This document shows positions 1-12,019 of a stretch of DNA of 64,000 nucleotides, in pieces; position 1 is the stretch's first letter; each line of letters opens with the position of its first letter. The position numbers were made by a program, and so were the translations under genes. A model generated the notes under the pieces. That model saw only the letters and a list, made by a program, of their open reading frames with translations. It was not told the DNA's origin and did no database searches. Origin of the DNA: Octopus vulgaris (Eukaryota); the NCBI GenBank assembly GCA_951406725.2, contig OX597824.1, forward strand, positions 41,106,001-41,170,000. The letters are read 5' to 3'.

Positions 1-672
1 TTGATACTTTCATTTGGTTCCTTTCTTAAATGCTAGGATTTAAAGGAAGTTTGTTATTGTTTAGTGTTCAGTGGTAACTCCTACACAATAACAAACTTCC
101 ACTATCAAACCAGAGAAACTGTCTCTATCATCCCTTTCTTACAAACTACACCAGAACAAACATACTTTTCTCCTGTTCTTCAACATCTTAACTCTTCCTA
201 CTCAACCACTTCTACTCTATGCCTATACTATACCTAATTCACATCACTTCATATACCAAAGGAACATTCTGTTCAAAACTATATAAAGCCAGAAAGAGGA
301 AAGTAAATCACAGTCTGCTGAAGGCTCGTAAGCTGAAATTTTGAAGCCATCACCCATGTTTTCCTTGTGTGTATGTATACACACACACACACACGCACAT
401 ATACACACGCATATATATATATGCATGAATACACACACACAAGAAGGGCTTCTTTCAGTTTCTATTTATCTAATTCACTCACAAGGCTTTGATATAGAGA
501 ATTGTCTGAAGTGTTTTGCATTAGGACTGAATCTAAAACCACACTGCCATGCCTATGCCTTGGCCTTACATGTATGTATGTATATATGTATGGCTTGCTG
601 GCTAGGGCATGTATGTGTGGTGTGTGTGTGTGTGTGTGTTTATATATATATATATATATACATATATATATC

Positions 673-958
673 TGCATGGCTTAGTGGTTAGGACATTTGA
701 CTCACAAATATAAGGTCGTGAGTTCAATTCCTAGCAGTGCATTATGTCCTTGAGCAAGATACTTTATTTTATGCTGTTCCTGTCCACTCAGCTGACAAAA
801 ATGAGTTGTGTCTTAATTCAAAAGGCCAACCTTGTTACATTCTGTGTCACATTGAATCTCCTTAAGAACTATGTTAAGGATATGTGTGTTTGAGGAGTGC
901 TCAGTCTTTGCACTTTAATTTCATAAGTACGCTGTTCTGTTGATTGGACCAACTAACT
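673..958 (+). mobile_element. tRNA-derived SINE, family C, CpG-decayed copy
   Basis: A-box TGGCTTAGTGG and B-box GAGTTCAATTCC. Middle GTCCTTGAGCAAGATACTTTATTT...CACTCAGCTG is shared with 28290-28540. The 3' part is shared with 48749-49110. Confidence 0.8.
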
Positions 959-1355
959 GAGTGTGAGTTATATATATAGTTATGTTATATTCTGTTAAGA
1001 ATGTAATAGAGTACAGTATAAAGCTTGTCCACCTTCAGATTTCACCCTGTGATAGCCTGTAGTTTTCCAACGGACCTTCAGCAACAACACGTCTCTTAAT
1101 ACACTCAGTGGCTACTACTAACTTCAGGCCACAACAAACAGATAGGATGCACTTGAAGCTGAGAATTTAAATTTATAGAGAAAATATGTCTATATTGCCT
1201 GAGGAAACACAACTAGATCTCATAATGCAGGGAAATGGTTACATAACCAAATACCTGCAAGTCTGGAGAACTACATTGTGTAGAAACGGTTGTAGTGATT
1301 GCAAATAAATGTCCAACCATACTCTTTCTTGTTGACTGCAACTTATTCAATTGTG

Positions 1356-1401
<46 letters not shown>

Positions 1402-1679
1402 TATAAGTTTGAGGATATATTAACCTCTTAAAGGGATGATTACATCCAAGGAAATACTGCTTCTATACTGTCTTTGGGAAATTTTATTTCCCAAAATCGA
1501 TAGGTATGAAGTGTATAATCTGTATTAAATTAAGAAAAGAAAATGGAGAGTTAGTGGTTAGTATTTATTTATTAATAAATTGATAGTAATTTCTTGCTAC
1601 AGCTGTTTCCATTTATACTCATTGGATAGATTACAAATGTATGCATTAAATTTGCATTTATATATATGTTGGACAAACA

Positions 1680-1830
1680 CGTAGCTTAGCGGTTATGGTG
1701 TTGCACTGATGATTGTAAGATTGATGTTTTGATTCCTGAACCAGGCAATGCATTATGTTTCTAAGGAAAACACTTCATTTCATATTGCTTCAGTCTTCTC
1801 CAGCTGGAAAAGTGAGTAATGAGCAGGTGT
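1680..1830 (+). mobile_element. Family C SINE fragment (head and middle)
   Basis: Degenerate tRNA head plus AAACACTTCATTTCATATTGCTTCAGTC...CAGCTGGAAAAGTGAGT. Confidence 0.6.
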
Positions 1831-2086
1831 CTCATCCAGCCACAAAATCTGGCAAACCGGTCTTATGGGCCTACAGTTCATGAAGGACCTTTGACTCTTT
1901 TGATACATATAAGAATGTGTGTGTGTTACATATATGCGCATACACACACACACACACATGCACTACTTTGTAACTGGTTGCAAAGAAGAGTACTGAATAC
2001 GTTGTGCAGAGTAATTATTTTTATTATAATTTAATAGATAAATAATAAATTACTTAGCCATTTTCAAAACCTTTACTCAAATGAAA

Positions 2087-2132
2087 TCCATCCGATGAAT
2101 GCTTTCTCCAGTATGAAACTTAAAGTTATGGA
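2087..2132 (+). ncRNA. Degenerate type I hammerhead ribozyme motif
   Basis: TCCAT-CCGATGA-ATGCT(TTCTCC)AGTAT-GAAA-C(TTAAA)G-TT-ATGGA. Stems I, II and III pair, but the core has U4>C. Confidence 0.55.
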
Positions 2133-2894
2133 AAAAGCGTCACATTATCTACCAAGTTGCTAAACCCTTAATTATATTTATAATTATAAAAAAACTTTTT
2201 GTATAAGTTTTTACCGATAGTGGTTTTTTCCATACCGAAACTATTTGGTAAAATTTATTAATTATTAAATTAATAATTCTTTACCCTATATCTATAATGA
2301 GTGTATATATATACATGCACACACACACACACACACACATGCACACGTATATATATATACATGTGATATTGCATCTCAGCAGTCTTGTGGGTGGCTGGAT
2401 CCTGTCAAAGCATCTAACCCATGCCTACGTAAGAAGCAGATGTTAACTGTGGTTGCTGCTGATGATGATTGTGATATGAATATATATGAATAAACGTGTG
2501 TGTGCATTCACACACTCACACACACACACACTTTCATACATATATGTTTATGTACAAACACACAGATACTTATTTACATGCATTCTTACCTACATATGTG
2601 TACACCCCATGCCATAGGTACACTCCTGTGACATTTAACCAATGTTGTGTGACTTCCATTCATTTTTATGTAGTCTGTATATGTTGTGCTGCCAAACATT
2701 CATGGATAAGATGCCAAGGAGAGGAGAAAAATGGAGGTAACCCAAACACTAATACGTATGCATTTTTGAATGTGCAATGAGCAATGGCTACAGTATAGCA
2801 CTATTATGTTTTTTTTTACTTTAGCTGGGGACATCTCTCTGTCTTCAAAGGCTTTCATTTTTGCTTGGAGCATCCATTTCTGTTTGCTTCTTCA

Positions 2895-3415
2895 TCTATC
2901 AGTCCATTCTTTCATTCATCCATTTGCCCATCAGTCTGTCCTTTCATCCACCCAATTTGTCTGTCAGTCTGTCATTTCATCCATCTATTTGTCTACCAGA
3001 CTGTCATTTCATCTATCCATTCGTCTACCAGTCTGTCATTTCATTTATCCATTTGACCATCAGTCCGTCCTTTTATTCATCCAGTTGCCCATCAGCCTGT
3101 CTTTTCATCCACCCATTTGTCCACCAGTCTGTCCTTTCATCCATCCATTTGTCCATCAGTCTGCCTTTTGTCCATCCATTTGTCTAGTCTATCCTTTCAT
3201 CCATCCATTCATCCAGTCTGTCATTTCATCCATCCATTGTCCATCAGTCTGTCATTTTATCCATCTATTTGTCCATTAGTCTGTCATTTCATCTATCCAT
3301 TCGTCCATCAATCTGTCCTCTCATCCATCTCTTTGTCCATAGACCTATCCTTTCATCTGTCCCTTTGTCCATCAGTCTGTTATTTCATTCAGCCATTCAT
3401 TCATGTGTCTGTTCA
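2895..3415. repeat. 32-bp minisatellite, about 16 diverged copies
   Basis: Unit approx. CCATCAGTCTGTCMTTTCATCCATCCATTTGT, recurring at 3025, 3057, 3089, 3121 and 3153. Confidence 0.9.
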
Positions 3416-3640
3416 TCTTTCATACTCTTTGCTTTGTTTGTTTCTTTTTCTAAGCTACAAGTCTCTCTCTGTGGACAGAGGATAGATTATCTTACTCTGA
3501 TAAAGGTCTACAAATGCTAGAAACTGCTCAAATTGAGTTCTTTTTTTTTGCCTGTGGAGAGATTAAAACTTTTAGTGTAACCACTGTAAGGTTGAACTGT
3601 ATGTTTATAAAAAAAAAAAAGATATACTTTATGCATGAAA

Positions 3641-3681
<41 letters not shown>

Positions 3682-3688
3682 GTATACA

Positions 3689-3850
3689 TAGGCACAGGTG
3701 CAGCTGTGTGGTAAGAAATTTGCTTCCCAACTACATGGTTCTGGGTTCAGTCCCACTGTATGGTACCTTGAGCAAGTGTCTTCTACAGTAGCCCTGGATT
3801 GTAGCCTTATGAATGGATTTAGTAGATAGAAACTGAATGAAGCGTGTTGT
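3689..3850 (+). mobile_element. tRNA-derived CORE-like SINE, family A (5' half)
   Basis: GCTGTGTGG A-box, GGTTCAGTCCC B-box and ACCTTGAGCAAGTGTCTT core-like motif. Matches 56100-56540. Confidence 0.8.
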
Positions 3851-4329
3851 GTATGTGTGTGTATGTGTGTTTGTGTGTATGTATGTGTGTGTATTTATAT
3901 ATATAATTGAATTTGGTAGGCAGAAGTTCTTGTGTGTATACATGTAAAAGAAATGTGTGTGTGTGTTTGTGTTGCTGTCTTGATGCCTTCACTTTGTGTG
4001 ATAGTTGTAAGTGAGTGTTGCTATCATACAAATGATGTCTTTCATTTTCACTCTTGTGAAAACACGTTAGCTCATAGCTATTATTACCCTTACTAGGAAA
4101 CAGGTGAAGATTGGTGACAGAAAGATATTTATATCATCATCGTCATATGTCTACTTTTGTTGGCTAGAACCAATTGTAATAAACCAAGTTAGTTCTTATT
4201 TGGAGTTAACCTTGACTGTATAACCATCTAATACCCCCCCCCCCCACAAGCATTACTTAAATTGTATTATAGTCTCATGCAAGTTAGTTTACTTTGTTAC
4301 CAACTAGTTTCATACCAAAACTGAAATGG

Positions 4330-4665
4330 CAAATTCAGTCATCATCAGAGGAGAGATGGGTAGGGGAGAGGAAATAGGGAGAAGGGAGGAGAGATGGTGG
4401 TGAGTGAAATGTGTACTATTTTTTTTAACTAAGTTTTTTTTCTCCGTTACTTAGCCTGTCTGTAACACTTTCATGTGATTAGTTGACGGGGAAAGATGAA
4501 GAGCAAAAGAAAAGGAGGGTAAGGCGAAGAGTGAGAGAGAAAAAGGGAGAGTGCTGTGTATTAAATCTATGAAATTGTGCATAAAGTATATAAAGTGTAT
4601 ATATAAAGTGCATTAAGTAATGATTGTATTCCAATTTCCTTCACTCTTCAATGATTAGCAGATGT
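4330..4665. repeat. Unclassified interspersed repeat (family D)
   Basis: Reverse complement of 42150-42415 plus 42871-42900. Shares CTCCGTTACTTAGCCYGTCTG and TATGAAATTGTGCATAAAGTATATAAAGTG. Confidence 0.75.
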
Positions 4666-4784
4666 GCGACTAGCTTTTCATATAGACACTACACAGGCTA
4701 CACTTTCAGGTTTTTTGGATAAAGTTTTCAGAAATAACCCTATAAGTTTACCATTAATTCCATATTATCCATATGATCTCAATG

Positions 4785-4817
<33 letters not shown>

Positions 4818-4832
4818 GTAATAATAATAATA

Positions 4833-5046
4833 ATCCTTTCTACTATAGGCACAAGGCCTGAAATTTAGGGGAGGGGGATAGTCAATTACATTGACACCAG
4901 TACTCAACTGGTACTTAATTTATTGACTCCGAAAGGATGAAAGGCAAAGTTGAACTTGGTGGAATTTGAACTCAGAACATAGCGGCAGACAAAATACTAA
5001 GCATTTCACCTGGTGTGCTAATGATTCTGCTAGCTTACCACCTTCT
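4833..5046 (-). mobile_element. SINE family B (Meta-domain-like)
   Basis: Reverse complement of GAGTTCAAATTCC...GCCTTTCATCCTTTCGGAGTCAATAAATTAAGTACCAG, with a (TTA)n tail. Confidence 0.8.
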
Positions 5047-5074
5047 TCATAATGATAATAATAATAAGCTCGTC

Positions 5075-5292
5075 GTATCTATGTGTGTCTGTGTTTGACC
5101 CCCCACCATTGCTTGACAACAAATGTTGGTGTGTTTACGTCCCTGTAACTTAGTAGTTCTGCAAAAAAGCCTGATAGAATAAGTACCAGGCTTACAAAGA
5201 AGAATAAGTCCTGGAGTCGAATTGTTCATCTGAAAGTGGTGCTCCAGCATGGCTGCAGTCAAATGACTGAAACAAGTAAAAGAATAAAAGAA
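5075..5292 (+). mobile_element. SINE family A, 3' half
   Basis: GATAGAATAAGTACCAGGCTTACAAA...GACTGAAACAAGTAAAAGAATAAAAGAAT tail. Confidence 0.8.
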
Positions 5293-5489
5293 TATCTTGT
5301 CCATTTGGGATTTCGATGATATGATATTTTTTAAGTGACATTGTAGGGTAGGTGTAAAAGGCAGTTTGAACATAAAGCAGATCTAATATTCAGGCTGGTT
5401 ATGACCAGTTTAAATGCTAAAGGGTTAAGCTTATATTTTAGACAAGTTTTGTATATCTAGTTCAGTGTGTGTGTGTGTGTATGAATATG

Positions 5490-6025
5490 CTGTGGTTGAG
5501 AAGACCTGGCAAGCCAAATGAGACCATAACCTCGTGGCCTATGCCAGGGGTGTAACCAGCCCACTTATGCATACCTTGCCTTCATTGGACACTAAACTCT
5601 GCTTGCAAAGACCTGTTATGGGGCAAGTGAAATCAAAATCAAATTTGATGACTGGCATCCGTGTGCTAGTGGAGCGCTAAGAGTACCATCCAAGTATGAT
5701 CGTTGCCAGACTGGCTTCCATGCCGGTAACATGTAAAAAGCAAGGTCGTTGCCAGTGCCACTGGACTGTCTCTTATGCAGGTGGCACGTAAAAAACACCA
5801 TTTGAGCGTGGCCATTGCCAGTACCATCTGACTGGCCCTTGTGCTGGTGGCATGCAAAAGCACGTGCTACATTCTCGGAGTGGTTGGCATTAGGAAGGGC
5901 ATCCAGCTGTAGAAACTCTGCCCGATCAAGATTGGAGCCTGGTGCAGCCATCTGGTTCACCAGTCCTCTGTCAGATCATCCAACCCATGCTAGCATGGAA
6001 AGCGGACATTAAATGATGATGATGT
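5490..6025 (+). mobile_element. Non-autonomous retroelement with RTE-type 3' tail
   Basis: Ends GGAAGGGCATCCAGCTGTAGAAAC...CAACCCATGCTAGCATGGAAAGCGGACATTAAA(TGA)n. The same tail occurs at 2380-2470, 8350-8520 (-) and 20850-20945. Confidence 0.65.
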
Positions 6026-6175
6026 TATCCTCTCTGTTTTTTATTGACATCTCTTTGTCTTTATTACTACTGCCTGTTTATCTCTCACTTCCTTTCTGTC
6101 ATTTTGTCTCTCTCCTGTCTATGCATCTTTATATGTATCTAGCATTGTCTTTCTCTTCTGTCTATGTATTGATAT

Positions 6176-6399
6176 TTAACCCTTTGGTGTCCAAATTATT
6201 CTATCAAATGTAATGCTTACTTATTCACATTGCCTTGAATTATGCATTATTTCGTAACTTTGAGGGTTTGAAGTTATGATTGTATATATTTAGACTGATA
6301 TTGGAGAGTAGGTGTGAGTAACCAGATCTAGCTGGTTTGAACATAAAGCAGGTAGAATATTTGGGTTGGATATGGCTGGTTTGAATGCTAAAAGGTTAA
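6176..6399. mobile_element. piggyBac-type MITE (family E)
   Basis: TTAA-CCCTTT...AAAGG-TTAA ends. Homologous copies at 5300-5428, 16162-16382, 45266-45460 and 55372-55530. Confidence 0.75.
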
Positions 6400-6621
6400 G
6401 ATTTGAATACATGGTGAGAACTGCATGAATGTGTGCTAAACAAGCATAAAGACAAAAAAGAAATCTCTTTTTCTTAAGGGTAAGTTTTATACTTATTTTC
6501 ACTTTAAATAAGAACAAAAACTATAATAATTGTTAGTCTCTTGTACAATTAAGTTTGCAATCTCATCATTGAAAACTCCTGTAAAATATTCGCTTTCCTT
6601 AGAGGATAGCTATATATCTCA

Positions 6622-6981
6622 CTCTTTCTTTTTACTTGTTTCAGTCATTTGATTGTGGCCATGCTGGAGCACCGCCTTTAGTCGAGCAAATCGACCCCAG
6701 GACTTATTCTTTGTAAGCCTAGTACTTATTCTGTTGGTCTCTTTTGCTGAACTGCTAAGTTGTGGGGAAGTAAACACACCAGCATCGGTTGTCAAGCGAT
6801 GTTGGGGAGACAAACACAGACACACAAGCATACATATATACACACTACTGGCTTCTTTCAGTTTCCATCTACCTGAGACTATAGTGGAAGACACTTGCCC
6901 AAGTCACCACGCAGTGGGACTGAACTCGGAACCATGTGGTTCGTAAGCAAGCTACTTATCACACAGCCACTCCTACGCCTA
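6622..6981 (-). mobile_element. SINE family A, near full length
   Basis: High identity to 46912-47311 with a small internal deletion. Confidence 0.9.
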
Positions 6982-8349
6982 TGTATGTAAAATTTTTGAA
7001 ATATCAATTGATGACATCTACTATTTGAGGGTTAACATTGTCTACTATTTTTCTTCTGTTACCCAGTGTTTCTTCTAAATTTCTTCTGTCGCTCAGTGTG
7101 TGTGACTCTCTAACTATTAGTTAAACTGGCCTTCCTTTTTATTAGTTCTTATTGACATCTTCTTCTTCCCATCTTCCTCATCCCCATATTTATGTCTGTC
7201 TCTCTTTCTCTGTAACTCTATCACTCCATTTCTCTCTTTCACTATATGTAACTGTCTCTCATCTGTTGCATACATTTCTGTGTTGCACTGTCACTACCTC
7301 ACTGTCACTCTGTCAATATGTATGTATAGAAGGATGGATAGACTAACAGATGGATGGTTGGAAGGAGAGATGGTGGTGGGGTTTAAAAGGTTTGTATTGC
7401 AATCATGAGATTCTGAGTTCAACCCATTGCATGGCATCTTAACAAGATTTTGTCTTTATTTTTTTTCATCTTTTACCATAGCCTCTCATTTGGATCTAAC
7501 ACTTGTGAGTGAAATTAGGCAAATGAGAGATATGTGGAAAACTATTTCATGGAAGAAAGGTAGTTGTATTTTAAAGCTCAGCTTTATTTAATGTTAGTTT
7601 AATTAGTATGTTAGTTCAGTTGATAGAACAACTGAATTAATTAGTAAGTACTGAATTAATTAGTATGCAGTTTAGTTGATGGGACAACTGGATTCTTAAT
7701 GTTGAAATTGATGGAAGATTCATTGAAATGTCTTTCTTTCTCTTCCTTCTTCACTCACTCATTCACTCACTTGTTCATTCTCCTTCCTTTCCTCTCGCTC
7801 TCTCTCCCTCTGTTCACTTGTTTGTTCATTCTTTCTTTTGTTCATTCATTCATTTTTTGTTATTTCTTTCGTTCATTCATTCATTTAAATCAGCTTTGAA
7901 TTTTTTAAAACTTATTTTCTTGAGCCTATACATGGATGTAAACTGACAGAAGGAGTAGATGGGTCAGCAGGTGAGACTCTGTCTGCAGCAGCTGTGTGTA
8001 TATTTGCATGTGCAGGTTGGCTGAGTGAAGGTATGGAGGCACAGAATATTTGTTATCTTTACACATACATACTCATAACTCTATATCTGTCTGTTGGACT
8101 CTCATGTAAAGATATCATCATTATCATCATCAATTTATGTCTGGGTATTTTTTTTCTTCTTCATGCTAGCATAGTTAAAGGAAATTCTTTGAAGCAGATT
8201 TTCAATGGTTTGATGCTTTTCCTGTCACCAACTTCCACTTCAGTTACAAATAACTCTTTTCCTTTCCGCTGGTCCTCTATTAATGGACATTTGTAAATAA
8301 GAAAATGTAAACAACTTCACTGGTTGCTACTCAGATAGTCATTATCATC

Positions 8350-8680
8350 ATCATTCTTTAATGCCTGTTTTCCATGCTGGCATGAGTTACATGGTTTGAC
8401 TAGAGCTGGCAAACAGGAGGGCTGCACCAGGTTCCAATCTGATTTGGCCTGGTTTCTACATCCGGATGCCCTTCTTACTGCCAATCACTTTACAGTGTGT
8501 GTGCGGGGTGCTTTTTACATGTTACCAGCACTGGAGTCTTGCGGGTCAATCCTCTTCTCCAGGAGAAATGGCCTTAAAACTTCTGCTGTGGAGGACAGGT
8601 CTTCTTGAGTACAGCTGCATGCCAGGTGTCTTGGTCCTTTGTCATCTCCTCTGAAAGGTTCAGTGTCCTAAAAACTTGCA
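8350..8680 (-). mobile_element. RTE-clade LINE 3' end remnant
   Basis: Minus-strand peptide RTLNLSEEMTKDQDTWHAAVLKKT resembles RTE C-termini. It is followed by the shared tail and (TGA)n. Confidence 0.6.
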
Positions 8681-8934
8681 GAATCCATACACAGACACAC
8701 ATACCTGACAGATAAAGAATTGCAGAATCCTCACACATACACACACCTGAAAATACCAATTTCTCTGGAGCAAGGCTACATTCCTTTGATGACAAATGAT
8801 GAATGAACGAGAAACATCTTTTAAATGTATTTATAATCTCTCTAATGACCCCCAAATAGCACTGTTTTGCTTAGCATGCAAATTTGTAGGAACATACCTG
8901 GAACACTGAGAAATTACAATTTCTTTGATGGTTT

Positions 8935-9303
8935 ACCTTTTACTTGTTTCAGTGATTAGACTGTGGATCTGCTGGAGCACCATTTTCAAGGGTTTAGTTG
9001 AACAGACTGACTAGAGTGCTTATATTTTTTAAACCCTGGTACCTGTTCTTTTGATTTCCTTTGTTGAACTGTTAAGTTACACACATAAGCAAACCAGCAC
9101 TAGTTGTCAACTGTTAGTAGGAGACAAACACAAAGACACGCACACACATACACACACACACACAAACACGACAGGTTTCTTTCAGTTTCCATTTGCCAAA
9201 TTCACTCACAAGACACTTACCAAAGATGCCATGCAGTGAGACTGAAACCAGAACATGTAGCAGGGAAGCAAACTTCTAATCACATGACCATGTCTGTACC
9301 TAT
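8935..9303 (-). mobile_element. SINE family A, old diverged copy
   Basis: Colinear with 6622-6981, with CpGs decayed. Confidence 0.75.
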
Positions 9304-9529
9304 AAAATGAACTTGATGTATTGGCCAGTGTTGTGTATGTATGCGAGTATGCATATGTAGGTATGCAAGTCTGTATATATGTATGTGTATGTGTATGTAT
9401 GTATGCATGCATGTATGTATTTACATTTATTTTTATGTTGAGTTATAACTAAGATGATTTAGCATTAAACCTGAAGAATTACTTGATTTTTTTTGTAGAA
9501 TATATATTTATGATACTTTTTCAAGAGAA

Positions 9530-9613
9530 GTGACAATAACTTCAAAGTTTTAGCTCGCCTTCATCAGATGGTCTGATGAAGGCAAGCTGACTAAAACTTT
9601 GGAGTCACTGTCA
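9530..9613. ncRNA. Head-to-head pair of degenerate hammerhead motifs
   Basis: TCATCAG (9561-9567) and CTGATGA (9573-9579) at the centre of an imperfect palindrome. The + arm is CTGATGA-AG..CT-AAAA-C(TTTGGA)GTC-ACTGTC, with G12>A. Confidence 0.5.
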
Positions 9614-9851
9614 TCACTCCTCCTGTCGTAGTGTAAGAAATATGTATGATATATTGCATATGTGTGTGTGTATGTATACACATGTATGTATTTGATGCTG
9701 ACATTATACCTCAATTGTCATGCTGTCACTTTTTTTTTTACTTTTCCTTTTTTATATACTATTTTCTTCATATACTATTCTTTGGCTGGTTTTGACTTCT
9801 TTTCACTTTACAGTTTGTTGTTATTATTATTATTATTATTATTATCATTAT

Positions 9852-10050
9852 TAAGGCATCAAGCTGGCCAAATTTTTAGCATGCTGGGCAAAATGCTTCG
9901 CAGCATTTTGTCCATCTTTATGTTCTTAGTTCAAATTCCACTGAGGTCGACTTTACCTTTCATCCTTTCAGGGTTGAAACGCCGGGATTGATATTATCCA
10001 CTAATCTCCTCCCCTCAAATTTCAGGCCTTGTGCCTTTAGTAGACAGGAT
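9852..10050 (+). mobile_element. SINE family B, diverged
   Basis: TAAGGC..AGCTGGC head, GTTCAAATTCC, CCTTTCATCCTTTC and CAGGCCTTGTGCC tail. Confidence 0.75.
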
Positions 10051-10074
10051 TATTATTATTACTATTATTATTAT

Positions 10075-10632
10075 TGAGTGAGAGAGCAGTTCATGCCATC
10101 AAAGTGACACTGGTGTAAAATACACGAAGCCCAGTATACCCGTCATGACTACCCGTCTGATAAGGGTACACCAGGCACATGCATTACAACCACGTGTGCA
10201 CAACATGGTGATCTCATATCAGGATAATCAGCACATAACCTTGCAGGTGGGGCCCAGTTAGAATTTTCTTCTGGTCGAGAAACCCATCCCGCTCAAAAGG
10301 TCCCTGAATAAGGGTTGTTTAAGGATGTTGAATGAAACACCCATATTTCCAGAGGTGAATTATTCAAACCCCATAGAATCCCTCTCAACACATGGCTATG
10401 ATGCTCCCCCATTACTTCTGCTCATGATCAGAGATGCACATATCGCCAGCCACCAAGGGACATGCTCAACTGGTTATGGTCAAACAACTGACAAGCAAAT
10501 CTGTGGTGTTGAGCAGAATATTTGCTGTAGCCCATCTTTTATACCACGACAAAACAACGTACATGATAGCACTTCCAATCAGTTAAGATCAGAAACCACA
10601 AGAACCACTGCCTGGTACTGCATCAGGGCATG
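10075..10632 (-). repeat. Probable interspersed repeat in a (TTA)n tract, unclassified
   Basis: GC-richer 560-bp block bounded on both sides by (TTA)n. Only one copy in the window. Confidence 0.45.
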
Positions 10633-10666
<34 letters not shown>

Positions 10667-10669
<3 letters not shown>

Positions 10670-10885
10670 GGCATTGAGCTGGCCAAATCATTAGCATGCT
10701 GGGCAAAATGCTTAGCAGCATTTCGTCCGTCTTTCTGTTCTGAGTTTAAATTCCATGCATGTCAACTTACCCTTTCATCCTTTTGGAGTTGATAAAATAA
10801 GTACCAGTTGATCATTGGGGTCAATGTAAATATAAATGACTAGCTTCTACTCCCAAAATTTCAGGCCTTGTGCCTATTGTAGAAG
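10667..10885 (+). mobile_element. SINE family B, diverged
   Basis: Same motifs as 9852-10050. Confidence 0.75.
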
Positions 10886-10900
10886 CAGAAACAAACAAGT

Positions 10901-11320
10901 TTAGGGCGGTGAGCTGGCAGAAACGTTAGCATGCCGGGGAGAAATGCTTAGCGGTATTTCGTCTGCCGCTATGTTCTGAGTTCAAATTCCGCCGAGGTTG
11001 ACTTTGCCTTTCATCCTTTCGGGGTCAATTAAATAAGTACCAGTTATGCACTGGGGTTGATGTAATCGACTTAATCCGTTTGTCTGTCCTTGTTTGTCCT
11101 CTCTGTGTTTAGCCCCTTGTGGGTAGTAAAGAAATAGGTATTTCGTCTGCCGTTATGTTCTGAGTTCAAATTCCGCCGCAGTCGACTATGCCTTTCATCC
11201 TTTCGGGGTCAATAAATTAAGTATCAGTTATGCACTGGGGTCGATGTAATCGACTTAATCCCTTTGTCTGTCCTTGTTTGCCCCCTCTGTATTTAACCTT
11301 TTGTGGGCAGTAAAGAAATA
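10901..11320 (+). mobile_element. SINE family B, young partial-dimer copy with 14-bp TSD
   Basis: TSD AGAAACAAACAAGT at 10887-10900 and 11321-11334. The body repeats from GGTATTTCGTCTGCCG. Confidence 0.9.
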
Positions 11321-11540
11321 AGAAACAAACAAGTCAATATATAAATACAACAGATGAAGACTTATGCATATATAACAACGTGAAGCCTTATGGCTACTTT
11401 TTCATGCTGCTGTGGGTTGAATGTGCTTTCTGAAACAGTGTTTACACCCGGATACCCTTCCTGTTGTTAATCTTTGTAGAGACTTCTCATAACATGCAGT
11501 CACAGTGTTCCAATTTTAATACTGGGATACATACAGTATT

Positions 11541-11930
11541 TAGGCACAGGCATGACTGTGTGGTAAGAAGCTTGCTTCTCAACCACATGGTTTCGGGTTC
11601 AGTCCCATTAAGTGGCACCTTGGGCAAATGTCTTCTACTATAACTTTGTGCTGACCAAAGCCTTGTGAGTTGACATGGTAGACAGAAACTGAAAGAAGTC
11701 CTTTGTATATATATATATATATTCGTGTTTGTCCCACACCATTATTTGACAACTGATGTTGGTGTATTATATCTCTGTAATTTAGCAGCTCAGCAAAAGA
11801 GACCAATAGAATAAGCACCAGGCTTTAAAAAAAATAAGTCCTGGGGTCGATTCATTCAACTAAAATTTTTTCAAGGTGGTGCCCCCGCATGGCCACAGTC
11901 TAATGAGTGAAACAAGTGAAAGATAAAAGA
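11541..11930 (+). mobile_element. SINE family A, full length, CpG-decayed
   Basis: tRNA head, ACCTTGGGCAAATGTCTT, internal (TA)n and GAAACAAGTGAAAGATAAAAGA tail. Confidence 0.85.
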
Positions 11931-12019
11931 TACACATATGCATATACTAAATGCATATATATTGGTATAACTATGTATGTATGCATGTATATATATCTGT
12001 CTGTCTGTCTGTCTGTCTG

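Noticed and set aside
2770-3520. 169-aa and neighbouring ORFs
   Set aside because: They are products of the stop-poor 32-bp minisatellite.
3455-3584. Possible additional + strand exon (TSLSLWTEDRLSYSDK...)
   Set aside because: Weak acceptor, a poly-T run in the frame, and an end phase that does not fit the downstream exon.
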